Assembly: GCA_020891255.1 (NCBI GenBank)
Contig: BQFW01000006.1
Span: forward strand, 1,984,001 to 2,048,000
Direction of reading: 5' to 3'
From: Entomortierella parvispora E1425
Lineage: Eukaryota > Fungi > Mortierellomycota
DNA: 64,000 bases
A program made the translations under genes and the position numbers. Shown piece after piece: positions 24,201-37,433 of this stretch. The notes beneath the pieces are model-generated. The model was given only the letters and a program-made list of their open reading frames with translations, did no database searches and was not told the DNA's origin. The first letter of the stretch is position 1, and the number at the start of each line of letters is the position of its first letter.

Positions 24201-26327
24201 CCAACACCCCGTGGAACCGGACAACGCCGCGAGACTTTGGAGATGGCAATGCGACGTCGTCGTCAGTCCAGTGCTGCGCGTTCCCGGATCGGCGACACAG
24301 GGGTCCCTCCACCCTTGCCATCCGAGTTGTTTGCAATGGGTGATAATTCATCGACCATGAACATTACCCATACTTTTACATCATTTACACTGGAGCTCGC
24401 GGATATGCATGCTCGCGATGTGATGAACAACTCGGCCACACCAGGATTGTTCAATTGGAAGTTTGGTCCGCCAGCTTCTCTACTTATGAACCGTCGACAG
24501 ACGCAAACCTCCATGTCGAGGAGGATCACCGTCTCGTCGAATGTCATGGATGTGGATACGGATCAAGAGTTCAAGGGCTTTGATTCGGACGGCGATGCTC
24601 TCAGTGGCTACACGGGCGATGCGGATGTGTCGATGGAGGAGATTTATGTCCGACCCAAGACTCCCACCTCCTCAGGACCTCGACCAGTCTCACGAGCTGA
24701 CATGATCACCCGACGAAGGCTCTCTAGCATCGACGGCGATTCGGACGCCATCTCGGACTTGCCGTCATTGTCGGTCCGGACCAGGGAATTCAACAGGAGC
24801 TCAGGAGGAGGCGCCATCGTTTCCCCTGGCGGTCCTTCCTCTTCAAAAGCACTTCGTCAAACAGGATCGTCCTTTATCGAATCTGTTGAGAATGATGCGC
24901 GCGAGCGCGAGCGTGAGCGTGAGCGTCCAAAGAGTCCTCCGGGAGCAAGGCGGGGAGCAAATTCTCCCAATCTGACCCGAAAGACGGCCCGTATGCCTTC
25001 GTCCGCAAACATTGCGACGACACCTCGGGCACCTCTTTCGATGGAGGAGGTTGTCTCCTGGAAGCCTCGAAATGCACAGTCTTCTGGACCAGTCACAGCC
25101 TCTCCACCAAGACCTGTGGTGCCAGCATTAGATACCTCCAAGACCCAGAAATCCGCCCACCGAGGTGCGAGTGGCGGCTTGTCCTCTTCCACCACATTGG
25201 TTCCCTCGGCTTCTGCCCGGACACCTTCTACTGCGGCCAGCAGTGGCAGTCAAGTGCTGACAGCCTCGCCCACAGAGGACCGGTTTTCGTTGCGACAAAC
25301 ATTCCACCAACATCATTTGTCTGGATCAGGAACCTCAGCTTCGCCATTGCACTTCCGACACCCATCCTCCTCCCAGCAATCGTCATCTACACACCAGCAC
25401 AGCCAGGATCCCTCTGCAGACACGCTGGTATCGCATCACAAACACTTTAGCTCCGCCTCCAATGCCTCGACGTTGGCGAGCCCCTATCACCACGCTGGAG
25501 GCTCTTCTAGCGGCGGCCACCATGCTATCGCAACGGCCATGGCAGCGATGCATGCCGAGCAGGAATTGCAGCGTCAGCGTCAGCAGTTGTTCCTTGTTCA
25601 AAAGCAAGGGTCGGGATCGGGATCGAGTTCGAGGGTGGCAGAGTTTGACCCGAGTGTAGAGTTCCCACCGGTTACACCCGTGGATCTGAAGGCCATGGAC
25701 TTTGAGACCTTGTTGGCCACAGCCGAGAGGGATCATTTGCAAGGCTGGGAGGATCTGAAGCAACAAAAGAAGAACCTGCCCTCGGTTCTGAGTCGTGCCA
25801 CTGTGGCCCCTGCCCCTGCCCCTGTTTCACCACCGCTTTCAAAGTCTGCTAGTCCTCCCAACAGCAAGAGTTCAAGGGCCAATTTGCAACCGCTCAAGAT
25901 CATTACACACCACAGTCCCCCTGGTCTTGGACCCTCCAACACAACGGCGGAGAGACAAGGCGCTCAATCCAGGAACGCGGTGGCGTTTGATCTGAGTCCC
26001 TCGGACGACGGCACCGCGTCGGGTCTGGGCGGCACGACCGGAACAGGCACGGGCAGTGACCGGTCCGGCAACATGCGATCGAAGCGGGTCATGAAGAAAA
26101 AGATGAGCGTGATCCGATTAACGGGCAACGGGAACATTCAGGGACGGCGCGATGATGATGGCGTGATCCGGGTCTCCATGTCCTCGACCAACTACTCACG
26201 ACAGCCACAACAACAACCACCACCAACGACGTCTGCTTCCCACCATTCTTCGAATCAGTCTTCCCCCGGCGGTGCCTTTTCGCCCTCTGGACGGTACCAT
26301 CAGCAACAACAGGATTGGAGGCAGTAG
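21248..26327 (+). CDS. Large, mostly disordered S/Q/T/G-rich protein of unknown function; join(21248-22284, 22568-26327), ~1,598 aa
   Basis: Two long ORFs join in frame through a gtaagg...taacag intron. Low-complexity composition; no recognisable globular domain. Confidence 0.8.
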
Positions 26328-26746
26328 ATGATTTTTTTTCCCTCGCTCTTCCTCCTCGTCCCTTGATTTCCTTTTGTTTTTGTTTTCGTTCCCCCTCCCC
26401 CTCACTTTTCCGCATTTTGATTTTTGAGTGTTGTTTTGTACCCCATTGCTTCATTTTTGTCCTGCATCTTCTCGTCCCTGTCTTTTTTTTGGAAAAGAAA
26501 ACAATAAAAAAAAAAAGAAAGAAATAACAACTTTACACTTGGTGAACGATGCTCACCGAGAAGGCAGGGTGATCAATGGGCAGGGTTTGTTGACCAGATC
26601 ATCCAGGGCCAACCCCGGATGCAACAAGGCGCCATCTATAACACTTTTCATTCCCGACCTGAACAGGCATGGTGATCTGGAAGGTGCAACAGGAGTTGAA
26701 ACGGTCGAGTCAGTGGCCAACTTTCTTTTATTCTCTTAATCTTCCA

Positions 26747-29718
26747 CTAGTCCCAGATCTTAGTATAGTCGGTTCTTGTCCATGAGCCTTGCCGCATGTT
26801 GTCAGGCGACCATCCCAGCTTGATCCAAGGGTAGTGCTCCTGTAGCCACTCCACCGCCTCCTCTGTCTCTCCGGGAGTTTTACACCGGGGATCTCTCATG
26901 TGCGCCAGACCATCTATGCGACGCAGTTTCGGCCAATGAGCCACCATCCATTGTACCTCTGGCAGCCGCACACGATGGCTCATCCTCTCGATACTCAAGA
27001 CTTCTAGATCCTTCAGACTAGCCAGGTGTTCAAGACCTGCACCAAGCGACAGCGAGAGACAAGAGTACTGGAAGCCCTCATCATGGTACATGAGCGGGAT
27101 CTCTGGAGGCCAATCCTCTTCCCATTCCCAAACTTGTTCATCACTGTCGGAATAGTCACCGTCGTCTCCGTCATTGTTCTCGCCCACTTGTTGGCCTTCT
27201 TCTTGACCTTCCTCATGGCCGTCTTGCTGGATGTCCTCGTGGATCTCTTCCTGAACCTCTCCTCCTTGGATTTGTTGTTGGACAACATCCTGGACATCTC
27301 CTTGGTCATCTTCCTGGATTTCTTCTATGATGACTCCCTGGCCAGCTTCCTGATCTTCTAGGATGATTTCATGAACTTCCTCCAAGACAAAATCATGAAC
27401 CTCTTCCAGCACAATCTCCATCGCACCATCGATAGCTTCGTCTCCTTGATCGACAGAAGAAATCTCCAGCCCATCCATATGGACGTCTTGCCCATCTTCC
27501 TCCTCTTCATCGTGGTCGTCATGGTAGCTAGCGTCGTCCTCGTTCATGGCCTCATCTGCTTCCCTCTGCATCCGTTCCTGCATCACCTTTCTCAGGTCCC
27601 AGTCAATGCCCAGTGCCAAAAGTCGATTCTTTGGGATCTCACGGTACGACATCAACTCATTCCACCGACGATCATCAACTCCCAGGACCAACTCCTTCAG
27701 TCTGGTCATCCTGCCGAGGCGTCGACAAATCTCTTGTTCCACCTGAACGGCCACCTGTGGGTTCTTGTACTCCTCGTGTGCCAAAGTGCCGTTCCGATGA
27801 CGGCCCAACCGGCCTCCGAACTGGCTCCTGGCCAGATCGGGTCTTGGCACGTTCTTGATCATGATATGGAGAATCTCCAACGTCTCATGACAAGCCCAAA
27901 CATTCTGATCGCCATGCCAGCTCTGCTGGCGGTGCCCTCTGTCGTACGGGGGAACCCATCCTCGGTTCTGGGGATGCACATTGTTACGATTCTTCCATGT
28001 GGACCAGAACTGATCGATTTCATCCAGCGGTTGCAATAAATCTTGAGCGTCCATGAAAATGTTGAGGTACGGATCGCCATCCTGAAATATTGGGAGCTCG
28101 TCATTTTCAATCGTCTTCAAACATCTCAATCGGGGCGAGGTTCGGAAAATACGCGCCAGATCTAGGGAGGGAAAGCCCTTGGACGCCCCCAAGGCCATAC
28201 CTTTGGATTCTTCCAAGATCAAGCTCTCCAAGGTCGAGACGTGTTCTAGCATCGCAGCACTGGTCTTTGTGAAAGAAGTCTGGGTGTCCACCAAAACGAG
28301 GTTTCTCCAGCCCGATGGATGGTAGGAGGGGTCCGGTGGTGTCGAGGTTGACTGTGATCCGTTCTTGTAGTCGGGAGACGAGGATGGATGCAACAAGTAG
28401 GCCAGGTCCTCGTCTGTCCACTCTTGGTAAGTTGTAAAATCAAGCACAGACCCAGGTCCAGAATTAGCGTCTTGCGTCCGATCCAGTATCTCGGCCAACT
28501 TCCTTAGTTCAAACCACTCCGTGGGGTGCTCGCCTGTCACAAACAAGCATCCGCGAGGCCTCATCCCCATTGTCAAGGACTCGAGGGTGGGGCGACACTG
28601 TCGGATCAACTGCTCTAGCTCCTGCAGGAAGTAGGCCGGCCTCGTCACCTGAGCATGCCCACCTTGGACCTCAAAAGTCGAACCAATCGAGCATCCATCC
28701 AAACCAGGCAGCGGCATGGGGTAGGATCCGTATAACTGTAAGGACTTGAGAGGAATCGGCGGTATTGGTTTTGTTGGCTCTGTGTCCTCCCCTAGGTCCA
28801 TTCGACGATCACGTTCATTGTCGTACCTCTCCAACTCGTCCTGAGCTTGGCTGGCGGTTAAAGATCGTTTTTGACACCCTCGAAACTCTTCTTCCTCCTC
28901 ATGGTTCCTATGCTGGAGGGATTTACCGCTTTGGATCTCCATCACAAGCTCTTCAAGGGTCTGAGGAAGGTTTCTGAAAAGCCAGAAAAGAGGATGGCTT
29001 CGGTCGTTATGGGGCAAGTCGACCAATATCTTCAACACTCGCAATGCCTGACCCAGACCTATTGTTGCAAGGGGGATACCGTGAGAATATACAACATGCG
29101 TGGGAGACGAATCAACTGCCTTCCAGCCAACATGCGCCCCCTATCTTTTTTATCTTTTTTATCTTTACCTTGATCGACTGGGCTCAACAATTGCCGTTTG
29201 TAGTACCACTCAGCCGTGACTGGCCACCACCTGCTGTCGAGTATCGCAAGCTGTGGGTTGTTTCTCATCATCATCAACAATCTTGGCTCCCACTTTTTGA
29301 ACCAGTTGAAGTGTCCGCCTGGGTGTGGTAGTGGAGGGGCCCGTAGTGGAAGATCGGTAGGCATCCGAGCACGAAAAGACAGTTCGACAAGGCCAGTGAC
29401 ATACGGTCGTCGCTCGAGTCTTCCTTGAACGGTTTCTTCTTCTTCTGCTCCCTGCCCTTGGACCTTCTCTTCCTCCTCTTGTAAGAATGGACCCAATGAT
29501 TCGTAGGAATAAACCATCAGCTTGCGGATAAAGGACCCATTTCTTCGAACACCCTCCCCAAACGCCTTGCTGACGTAGACGCCAAGCTCGATATCTTGCC
29601 AGAGAATCGGACTCAAGATTTTCTGCCATGCTTGGCTGACTCGGATTGCAGATAGGAGCGAATTCCTGTCCAGCTTGGCAAATATAACCAAAAGAATCTC
29701 TGGAGGCAAATTCTCCAT
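26747..29718 (-). CDS. F-box/LRR protein with a long acidic insertion; join(29718-29169, 29058-26747), ~953 aa
   Basis: N-terminal F-box MENLPPEILLVIFAKLDRNSLLSAIRVSQAW. A gtaaag...caatag intron joins the two ORFs in frame. C-terminal motifs WACHETLEILHI, LKELVLG and CLSLSLGAGLEHLASLKDLEVL. Confidence 0.88.
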
Positions 29719-31708
29719 TTTTCCTTCTTTCTTCTGGGTAGGGGGCGGGGAGGGTTCGAAGAAGAAGGAAGGGAGTGGGAGGGTTTAAAGAAGGAGGAAG
29801 GGCGTGGGAGGGTTTATAGAAGGAGGAAAGAGCGGGAACAAAGAGCCTTGGATCGGGTCAAAATTGCTGGTCCAGTGGCTTGGACAGGGCACCAATTAAC
29901 ACGTGTCATTTTTTTTCTTTGGGAGATTCGAGAACGCGAGAACACGAAAAGAGAGAAGAGGGCAGGGGTGCTGAAGTCCTGTTGATGTTTGCTGCAAGAG
30001 ACGAGGAGTTGGATGCATTGGATCAGTTGAAACGATGGCTGCAAGAGGTGAAAGAAGTGAGTTGGACTCATGAGAGGAGAGAGGCACGAGACGAGAGATG
30101 CAAGAGAGGAGAGAGGTGCAAAAAACAAGAGGGATGCAAGAGACGAGACAGTCGAGGACAGGGGAAGGATGGTGAACAATGATATCGCCTTTGTTATTAA
30201 AAATCTAGGGTAGCAACCACTATTCTCTTCGCCTTGTGCAGGAACCAACTGTTCCTCTTCTTTCCCGTCAACACTGCTGCTCCCACCATCGTTTTTTTGC
30301 TCATGTTTTGTTGACACCGCGGATAGACGTAGTCTCCGATGGGGTCGGCAGTACAGAATGTAGAGTGAACAAAGAGAAGCTGTTAGAGCACGCTGACAGG
30401 TTTTGTAGCATCATGGCGAACTGGGGCTGTGGATACAACAAAAAAAAAAGTAGAAAAAAACAAATGAAAGGACCTCTTTCTAATCCTGGACGCTCGTTTC
30501 GGAAGAGGGAACTATACCTTTGGCTCCGGCCTGTGGAGGAGACGCGACCAGAGCCACTTGGCCAGTGGAGACAACAGTGCAGCAGCAGCAGTGGCAGTGG
30601 CAATTGTTGCACCAAATCATTGCATGAGGCATGTTTACGCTGTTCTCCTTAAAGGCCGTCAAGTGAGGTTGGCTGTTTCCACGCCATATGGAAATGATAA
30701 AACGGCGGGGGGAAAAAAAACTGCACTAGGATATTTGCCTTGCAGAAGAGTGTCATGCTGGGAAAATAAAGTGGTCAAGCTTTGAAAGGCGCAGATCCTC
30801 GCATGAGGAAGGTTCCCTCTTTTTTGAAGGAGGAAAGAAAGCCCTTGAACGCGGTAAATGGGATGTTGAATGGCTGTTTCCGATAATGTGCGCGACAGTT
30901 TCTATGATTGGTGTCATTGAGAATGACAGCTTCGCCTCGCACAGTCTGGAGCAAGAGTCTCCATCACGAAGTAGCAAACGACGAGAAAGACGAGGGAGTC
31001 AAGAGAAATTGAGGTAGTCATTGGAGGGATGAAATGAAGGGATGGAATGAAAGCAATGCATTTTTTGACCACTCCTTCATTTCGGATTTTTTGGATCAGT
31101 TGGTGGCGTCGGGATTTAGTGGCGTATCTGTCAATTGATGGCGCTTCATGCGCTGGTGCGTGTTGGGCAGGAGGCTCGTCAATCCCACCGCAGAATGTTG
31201 CTGTTAGTTTGTGCCTCTTGTTCCTCTGTCGTTAGTCTGCCATGATAGGAGGCTGGATGCTAGAGACAGTGCCTCTCAGAGCCTCAGTCTCGTCTTTCCT
31301 TTGTCCACCTTTTTTTTATCGACAGATTATTTCGTTCAATTGTACCTCAAGACCCCGTCTCTCTGGCTCCTCCAAAGTAGACAAGTGCGATTTACGTGAA
31401 ATCTAAACGTTCGCATATAGCTGTTTATAGTGAAGGAAGGCAGACTCTTGTAGAATCAAACAAGTTCACGGTGCTGAACTTGACCACTTGTCCCTTGACT
31501 GAGTTCCAAACTGTGTCGGGAATGCGTGCAATCAGAAAAAAAAAACCGTAATGCCAATTAGCATCTCTGGACTTCTCCCCCCTCTCCTTCCTACGCAAAA
31601 AAGTGTTTCTTTAACAGGTTCACAATGTCCCCCCCGGCACTCTTTCACTTTTTTCATATGTTCATTTCTAATGGATCCTTTTTGGTATTTTTTTTTTGTC
31701 TATCTACT

Positions 31709-33606
31709 CTAAAGTATCTTTCTCTTGTTCATGTTGTTGTTTTTGCCTCCCTTTCCTGAAGCCAGCTTCTTGGAAGACAACAACTCCTTGGGGGAGACCA
31801 TGGCGGCCTTGACCCCATATTCCCCATTTACGCTCCGGCGGGGCAACCACTGAATCACAACCTCTACGAGGAAGTATCTCGACATTGTCAAAAACACACA
31901 GAACGCGTACATGACCGGTCGGTACCATCGTCCGAACCATTGCAAAGGTCCTGGTGGGGGCATCAACAAATAGTTCAGGTTCCGACCATGGAAAAGAGCC
32001 ATGGAACTCAACACTGCTGAATGGTAAAGCGCAAAGAATGAGAACGACATCAACGCCACGTCCATGGAAAGAGGCCAGATCACATAGCGGTTCGACCAAA
32101 TCATGTATATGGGTGTCAGCAGCAACAAGTAATGTTCTAAAGCATCGGTAAAGCAAAATAAAGGAGAGCCGAGATTAGGGTCAGTGGTCCAGTTTTTTTT
32201 CAAGATAGCCTTGCATAGCAGCTCGCCAAGAGGGGTGTTTCAGCGCTTTTTTTTTTCCACATGGTGATTTTCAGCCCAGTGTCATTCTCAAATTCTCAGC
32301 CCAGGGCGAGTAACTCTTCCTTGCTGTGGTTGATCCTGCAGTTGTGAATCCTGTGTCCAGTCCAAATCTGCTGAGCATGCGCACATGCTATCCAGTTGTT
32401 TTTTCTATCCTGTGGTAAAGGCCCTTACCAATAAAGAAGTTTTCCACCTCAAAGAATTGGTCATAATCACGCAGATCGGGGGACAACAAAGCCAGCATGC
32501 TAAAAAAGAGAATAACAATGACGAGAGGATGTTAGAACGACCCTATTCTCAGCTTTCTCACTCCAGCCTGCCTTGGCAAGGGGGGGGGGGGGGAAAGGTC
32601 CAATCCATGCTGTGACATTGAGCACATGAAGCACTGTCCCTTTGCACCGTCGAGTTTTTGTCAGCTCCAATCATCTCACATCTTCAACCCCACAAGGAGT
32701 CGGGCTGATAAAACCATAAGACGTTCATTCAAGCAAATGGTTGCACAAAAAAAAAAAAAAAAAAATAACTTACGTTCCCCACATGATATGGAAATAAACA
32801 TTCAGCAACAGATGAGGCCACTTCTTTTCCTTGGGTCCAGCCAAGATAGCAATCAACATCATGGCCGACATGTGGCAGGGCTGCAACAAGAACAGCAATC
32901 CACCTCGAGTCCATTTCTGGTAGACGGTGATCATTAATGAGGTCGCCAAGGTGACCAAGACTGTGATCTCGATCTTTGACTTTTTCTTGGGTGCCACATA
33001 CATGTCAAACAAGGTGGAGATGGGCGATCTAGAGTGTTTGGATGCATTGGAGGAAGGGACAAGATGATTATTAGTGAGGGGCCACTTGAAGCAGAAAGAG
33101 GTTTAGAAATCTGAAATAGCAAGAAAAAACATTGGGGTAGATCTTGAGGAGAGAGGGGGCCCTGAGATAAAAAAAATTGGTTCCCTTTCGACCCCCTTGC
33201 TCAAATTATTCCCTGCAAGTAAACCATCTTATCAATCCTGAACCCTTCCTGATGGCATTAAGGTCTGAGATAAAGTAGCACCACAGAACAAATAAATCAT
33301 GAGAGGATAGAACTGTACTGTACCCAGGAAAGAGAGCTCGACGGTAAAAATAGCGGACGGTATACAAGAAGAGAGCGTTGTAAATAATGAACTCTACAGT
33401 GTGCCGACGAGGCGACAGGTACCTGGAAGGAAGGAAGCAATGGCTGTCAGCGATGAAGAGATGGCGCATGGAAGGATGGTGCAGGAGGACAGGAATACCG
33501 AGGTTCCCCCACTGTACCATGAGCCGTTCAATGAAGTCTCCCAATTCGTCTCAAAGGGCATTTCAGCAGCGACGGACAAGAGCCAGTCGCCCATCCGGTC
33601 AAACAT
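31709..33606 (-). CDS. TMEM164: TMEM164-family multipass membrane protein, about five exons
   Basis: Spliced product contains WYLSPRRHTVE, FLLQPCHM, LLSPDLRD...FFIEHYLLL and NLNYLLMPP, plus several hydrophobic segments. Confidence 0.85.
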
Positions 33607-34985
33607 GATGGGTTGTATGTGGGAAGGGGGTGGGGGATGAGGAGAGTGAAATGAGGAGATGAGAGAGAGAGAGAGAGAGAGAAAGGGGCGGAATGCAAGA
33701 AGGGTAGGGAGAGAAAAGGAGGGATGAAGGAAGGAAGGAGAGAAGGAGACGAGACGAGACGAGACGAGAACAAAAGAAGGAAAAAAAGAAGGGAAGGGAA
33801 TGAGAACAGCACCACCCCAAACGGACCTGATCCGCTTGCAAGTTGCAAGTTGCAGGTTGTAACACTCTCCACCCCTCGCTCGCTCTTTGCACACTTTCGA
33901 GGTGTGCAAAGAAAAAAAAAAAAAAAAGTGTATCGGAAAGAAGGTTTTGGTCACGTGGAATCTTTTTGGGGTGGGTGATTCCCTTTTTCAGCTGTGCTCG
34001 CTCGCATTCCGTTGGTGGATGCCACATGTGGACATGCTGCTTCATGACGCAGTCGAATTCCACTCCATCCCCCCCTTCCTGATCATCAGCTGTTACATAG
34101 AAGATGACAGAGCAAGTCAGCTTGCATGTATGACATATGCTTGCCAACACAGGTCCCCTTCAAGTATCGGATACCACCGCGGCGGGATGTAGGGATGTAT
34201 CTCCGTCCTTCACAAAAGACGATCTGTCACATCTGTCGCACTATTCACTATGAAACCGTTAGAAGCAAAGCCTCATCGGCGATTGGCGTCCATTTAGAGG
34301 ATGTCGCTCCTGTTTCGGGCAAAAGAGTTTCTTGTAGCGTCTGCATCTCTCACCAGAGCCAAAAGGCAATTCAATGACCATGGCGATAAGCACGCGCTTG
34401 CACGCGCTTGGTACCTTTTTTTTTGCACATCGATCCAATGGGATAGACGGCTCCCGTCGCATTTAGCATCGGACGGCACTTTGAGCTCTAAAATGGGTAG
34501 CACGCCTGCCTGCATGTTCAGCTGGAGTCAACACAAGTTGGCGCGTGAACACCAATAGCCGAAAAAAAAGACACAAGAGTACAAAGGGCGGATCAGAAAC
34601 TCTGCCAGAGATCGCCTCCCGCTGTTACAAGCAACGGGGTCTTCCAATGGCAGCGGCAGGAACAAAAGCAAAAAGGGAACCCGGCTGAAAGGCGAAAAAA
34701 GCGACAACAAGAGTCAACAAGAGTTTTTCAATTGAAGGACGAACAGCAATAGACCCTTGGAGCTGTGGTAAATTTGAAAAACATTCCCCTTGGTCTAGAC
34801 CTTGAAGAGTTTTGTGTGGTTTTGTTTTTTTATTTGTTTCTGGTTTTTTTTGTCTTCTTTTTTCTTACTATTCTTCTTCTTCTCTCTTTCATGATACGAT
34901 CGACGTATTTGTTCTTGACATTTGGGGCGGAAAAAACGGACATTGCAAAAAAGAAAATAAAAAAATAAATAAAAAAAAAGAAAAA

Positions 34986-35016
34986 GGGGAGGGGAGGGGG
35001 GGGAGGGGGAGGGGGG
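34986..35016 (+). other. G-quadruplex-type tract GGGGAGGGGAGGGGGGGGAGGGGGAGGGGGG
   Basis: Five G-runs of at least 4 nt with 1-nt loops, ending 7 nt beyond the RhoGAP stop codon. Confidence 0.7.
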
Positions 35017-35023
35017 ATAGCTT

Positions 35024-37400
35024 CTATAGCGACATGGGTGTCGATCCTCGCCCTCCTCCGTGGTGCCCGCCGCCGACCGTGACGGCGTGAGAAGAATGCG
35101 AGTGCTGATAGGGCCGAGGTCTTTCAGGGATCTTGACGGCCGCGCTGGATGCATGGCCATGGTTTCCGTGACCGCCATGGTGGTTGGAATGAGGGTGATG
35201 ATTGTTGGCGTGATGTTGTTGTTGTGGATGATGATTGGGGTGGTTGCTCTGGTGGACGACGTTGGGCGAAGTCATGCCTGCAGTGACGGATCCATCCCGC
35301 ACCACCTCGCCTGCCCCTTCTGTGCCCTCTGCGGCACCATTGTGATTGGAGCTGTGGTTGTTGTTATTCGTGTTGTGATTGTCGGCATAGAGATCGCCCA
35401 AAGAGTGCGACTTTTTGACTTTGGACTTGACCAGATTCTCACAGCGCTTGAGAATGTCCTTGGACGACAGATCCGTCGACGACTCGACGAGGTCCTGGTC
35501 ACTGAGGATCGACGACAGATCCATGGGGACCACACAGAACTCGTCCTGGAATTCCAACAGACCCATCACGGCCTCAATGGCCAAGAAACTCTCGTCCTTT
35601 GTTGGGTCCTTGGATTTCGAGTACAGGACGTTGGGGGTGATCACTGTCGCCAAGTTGTGCAGGTCCATTTTGCTTCCTGTTTCCTCGTCCACATGTGAAA
35701 AGGATGCGACCCAGCGCAGGAACAGACAAATGGCTTCCATACTGTCTCTGTTTGCTTTTGGCAAAAGGCAACACGTCAAGTGCAGAATCATCTTTCGAAC
35801 AGCCTCGTCTTCAATTTCTGTTTTTGAAAGGGGTAAAAAAAAGTCTGAGGATTAGAAAATGGCATCTACATATCATTCGAAAGGCCTATTACAACCATCC
35901 TCAACAACAGATGCGCTGCGCTACTTACTCTGAGAAACAACAAACAATCGGTGGAGTTTGAAGGTCAAAAGTGGATCGGGCATATCGCGCAAAAACTTTT
36001 TCAGCAACGCCGCCACCTGGACGGGATTGTCCTCTGTCAAGTTCACAGCCGATGGGTCCTTGTCAATTGCCTCGCTAAGTTCCTTCAGACGCCGAATGTT
36101 GCCGTTCTTTCTAAACACTCCCTCCACAGACATATCTAGTCACGACAGAAAAACAAAAAAAAAGCATGAATATGAATATCGCCACCCAAACAAAGACGAG
36201 CCTGCAATCCAAAGGTTTGTCTATTCTCTCTGCTCTCTCCTTACCCATATTGCGCATGGCCGAGATACTGTCATCCACAAAACTGGGGATCCTGATTCTT
36301 CCTGGTCCAGCACCCAATGCAGAGTCAACACCGTTTCTTTCGACCAAAACCTCCAATGGGACACCAAACGTTCCTTCGACTAGGAAAAAAAATAAAATGT
36401 CAAGAATAATGAGAAATTGTCCGTCATCAGACTAGTCCCAGATTTTCTATGTATAGACAACTCTTGACAAAGCCCGACATTTCCTTATTACCTTTAGGCT
36501 TCTTCTTATCAGTCTTCAGCCCCTTCACGAACCGTCCCCAAAGCGTTTGTTTCCGTTGACCAATGAGATCTAGCAGCTCCTCCAATGTAAAGTAATCAGA
36601 CACCACAGGCGCCAGCGTCAAGACGGCCAAATGCTTCACAATGAATAGTTCCAGCGCCGACAGCTCGTTCAAGTATTGGCGCTTCGGGTGGCGAGGTCCG
36701 TTGATGGTCAATCCTTGGATGGACAAGTGTTGTGAACCATGACGGGACCCTTGAACCCCTGTCTTGCCGTGAATAGAAGGCGTGGGTGAGCGGTTCACGG
36801 CCGTGCTGATACGAAGTCGTTCCGTGAGATCCGACAAAGTCGGGGGCGCATCTGGGCTGGGTCCATCTACATCATCCTCCTCTTCCTCCAGCATAGCCTC
36901 AGGTCCTGGACGTTCATCTACAATCTCAATTTCTAGCGCTGCAGGTTCAGACTCGACAGCCATAGGACACAGGGCGGTGCCGTTCTGTTCCTGCCCTTCC
37001 TCTGTGACGCCGCTCTTCTCACGTACACTCAGATCCCCCGTCGTGGACGCCGTTGGGGGTCGCCTCCGTTGATGTTCAATCACGGTCTGTCGTCGAGGGA
37101 ACCTTGCAGAGTTGGAGAGTTTTCGATCCAAATGAGTTGATTTCACACGTTTGATGTCTCCTAAATGAATCGTTTCGTACTGTCGGTTGTCATCGGAGGA
37201 ATAAGATTTGGATCTCGAGTCCTTCCTCATCAACCCCGGAGGTGACAAGGGTCCGCCGCTACTCGACGGAGAGGTCGCCAAATGACGAATCCGGTGTTCC
37301 TGATCTCCTTGATCGTCTCCTGTTTTTTGGGGGGAAAGATGAAAATGAATATAAAAAAATAATTAAAGTCAGTTTTTTTTTGAGAGCTTTCGAGCTATTC

Positions 37401-37433
<33 letters not shown>

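Noticed and set aside
30390-30662. Cys-rich small ORF (CNNCHCHCCCC) on the minus strand with a plausible gtatag...ccacag intron
   Set aside because: The Cys run comes from a CAG/CTG-type microsatellite. The spliced frames give only short peptides with no recognisable metallothionein spacing. It could be non-coding transcription, but that cannot be supported here.
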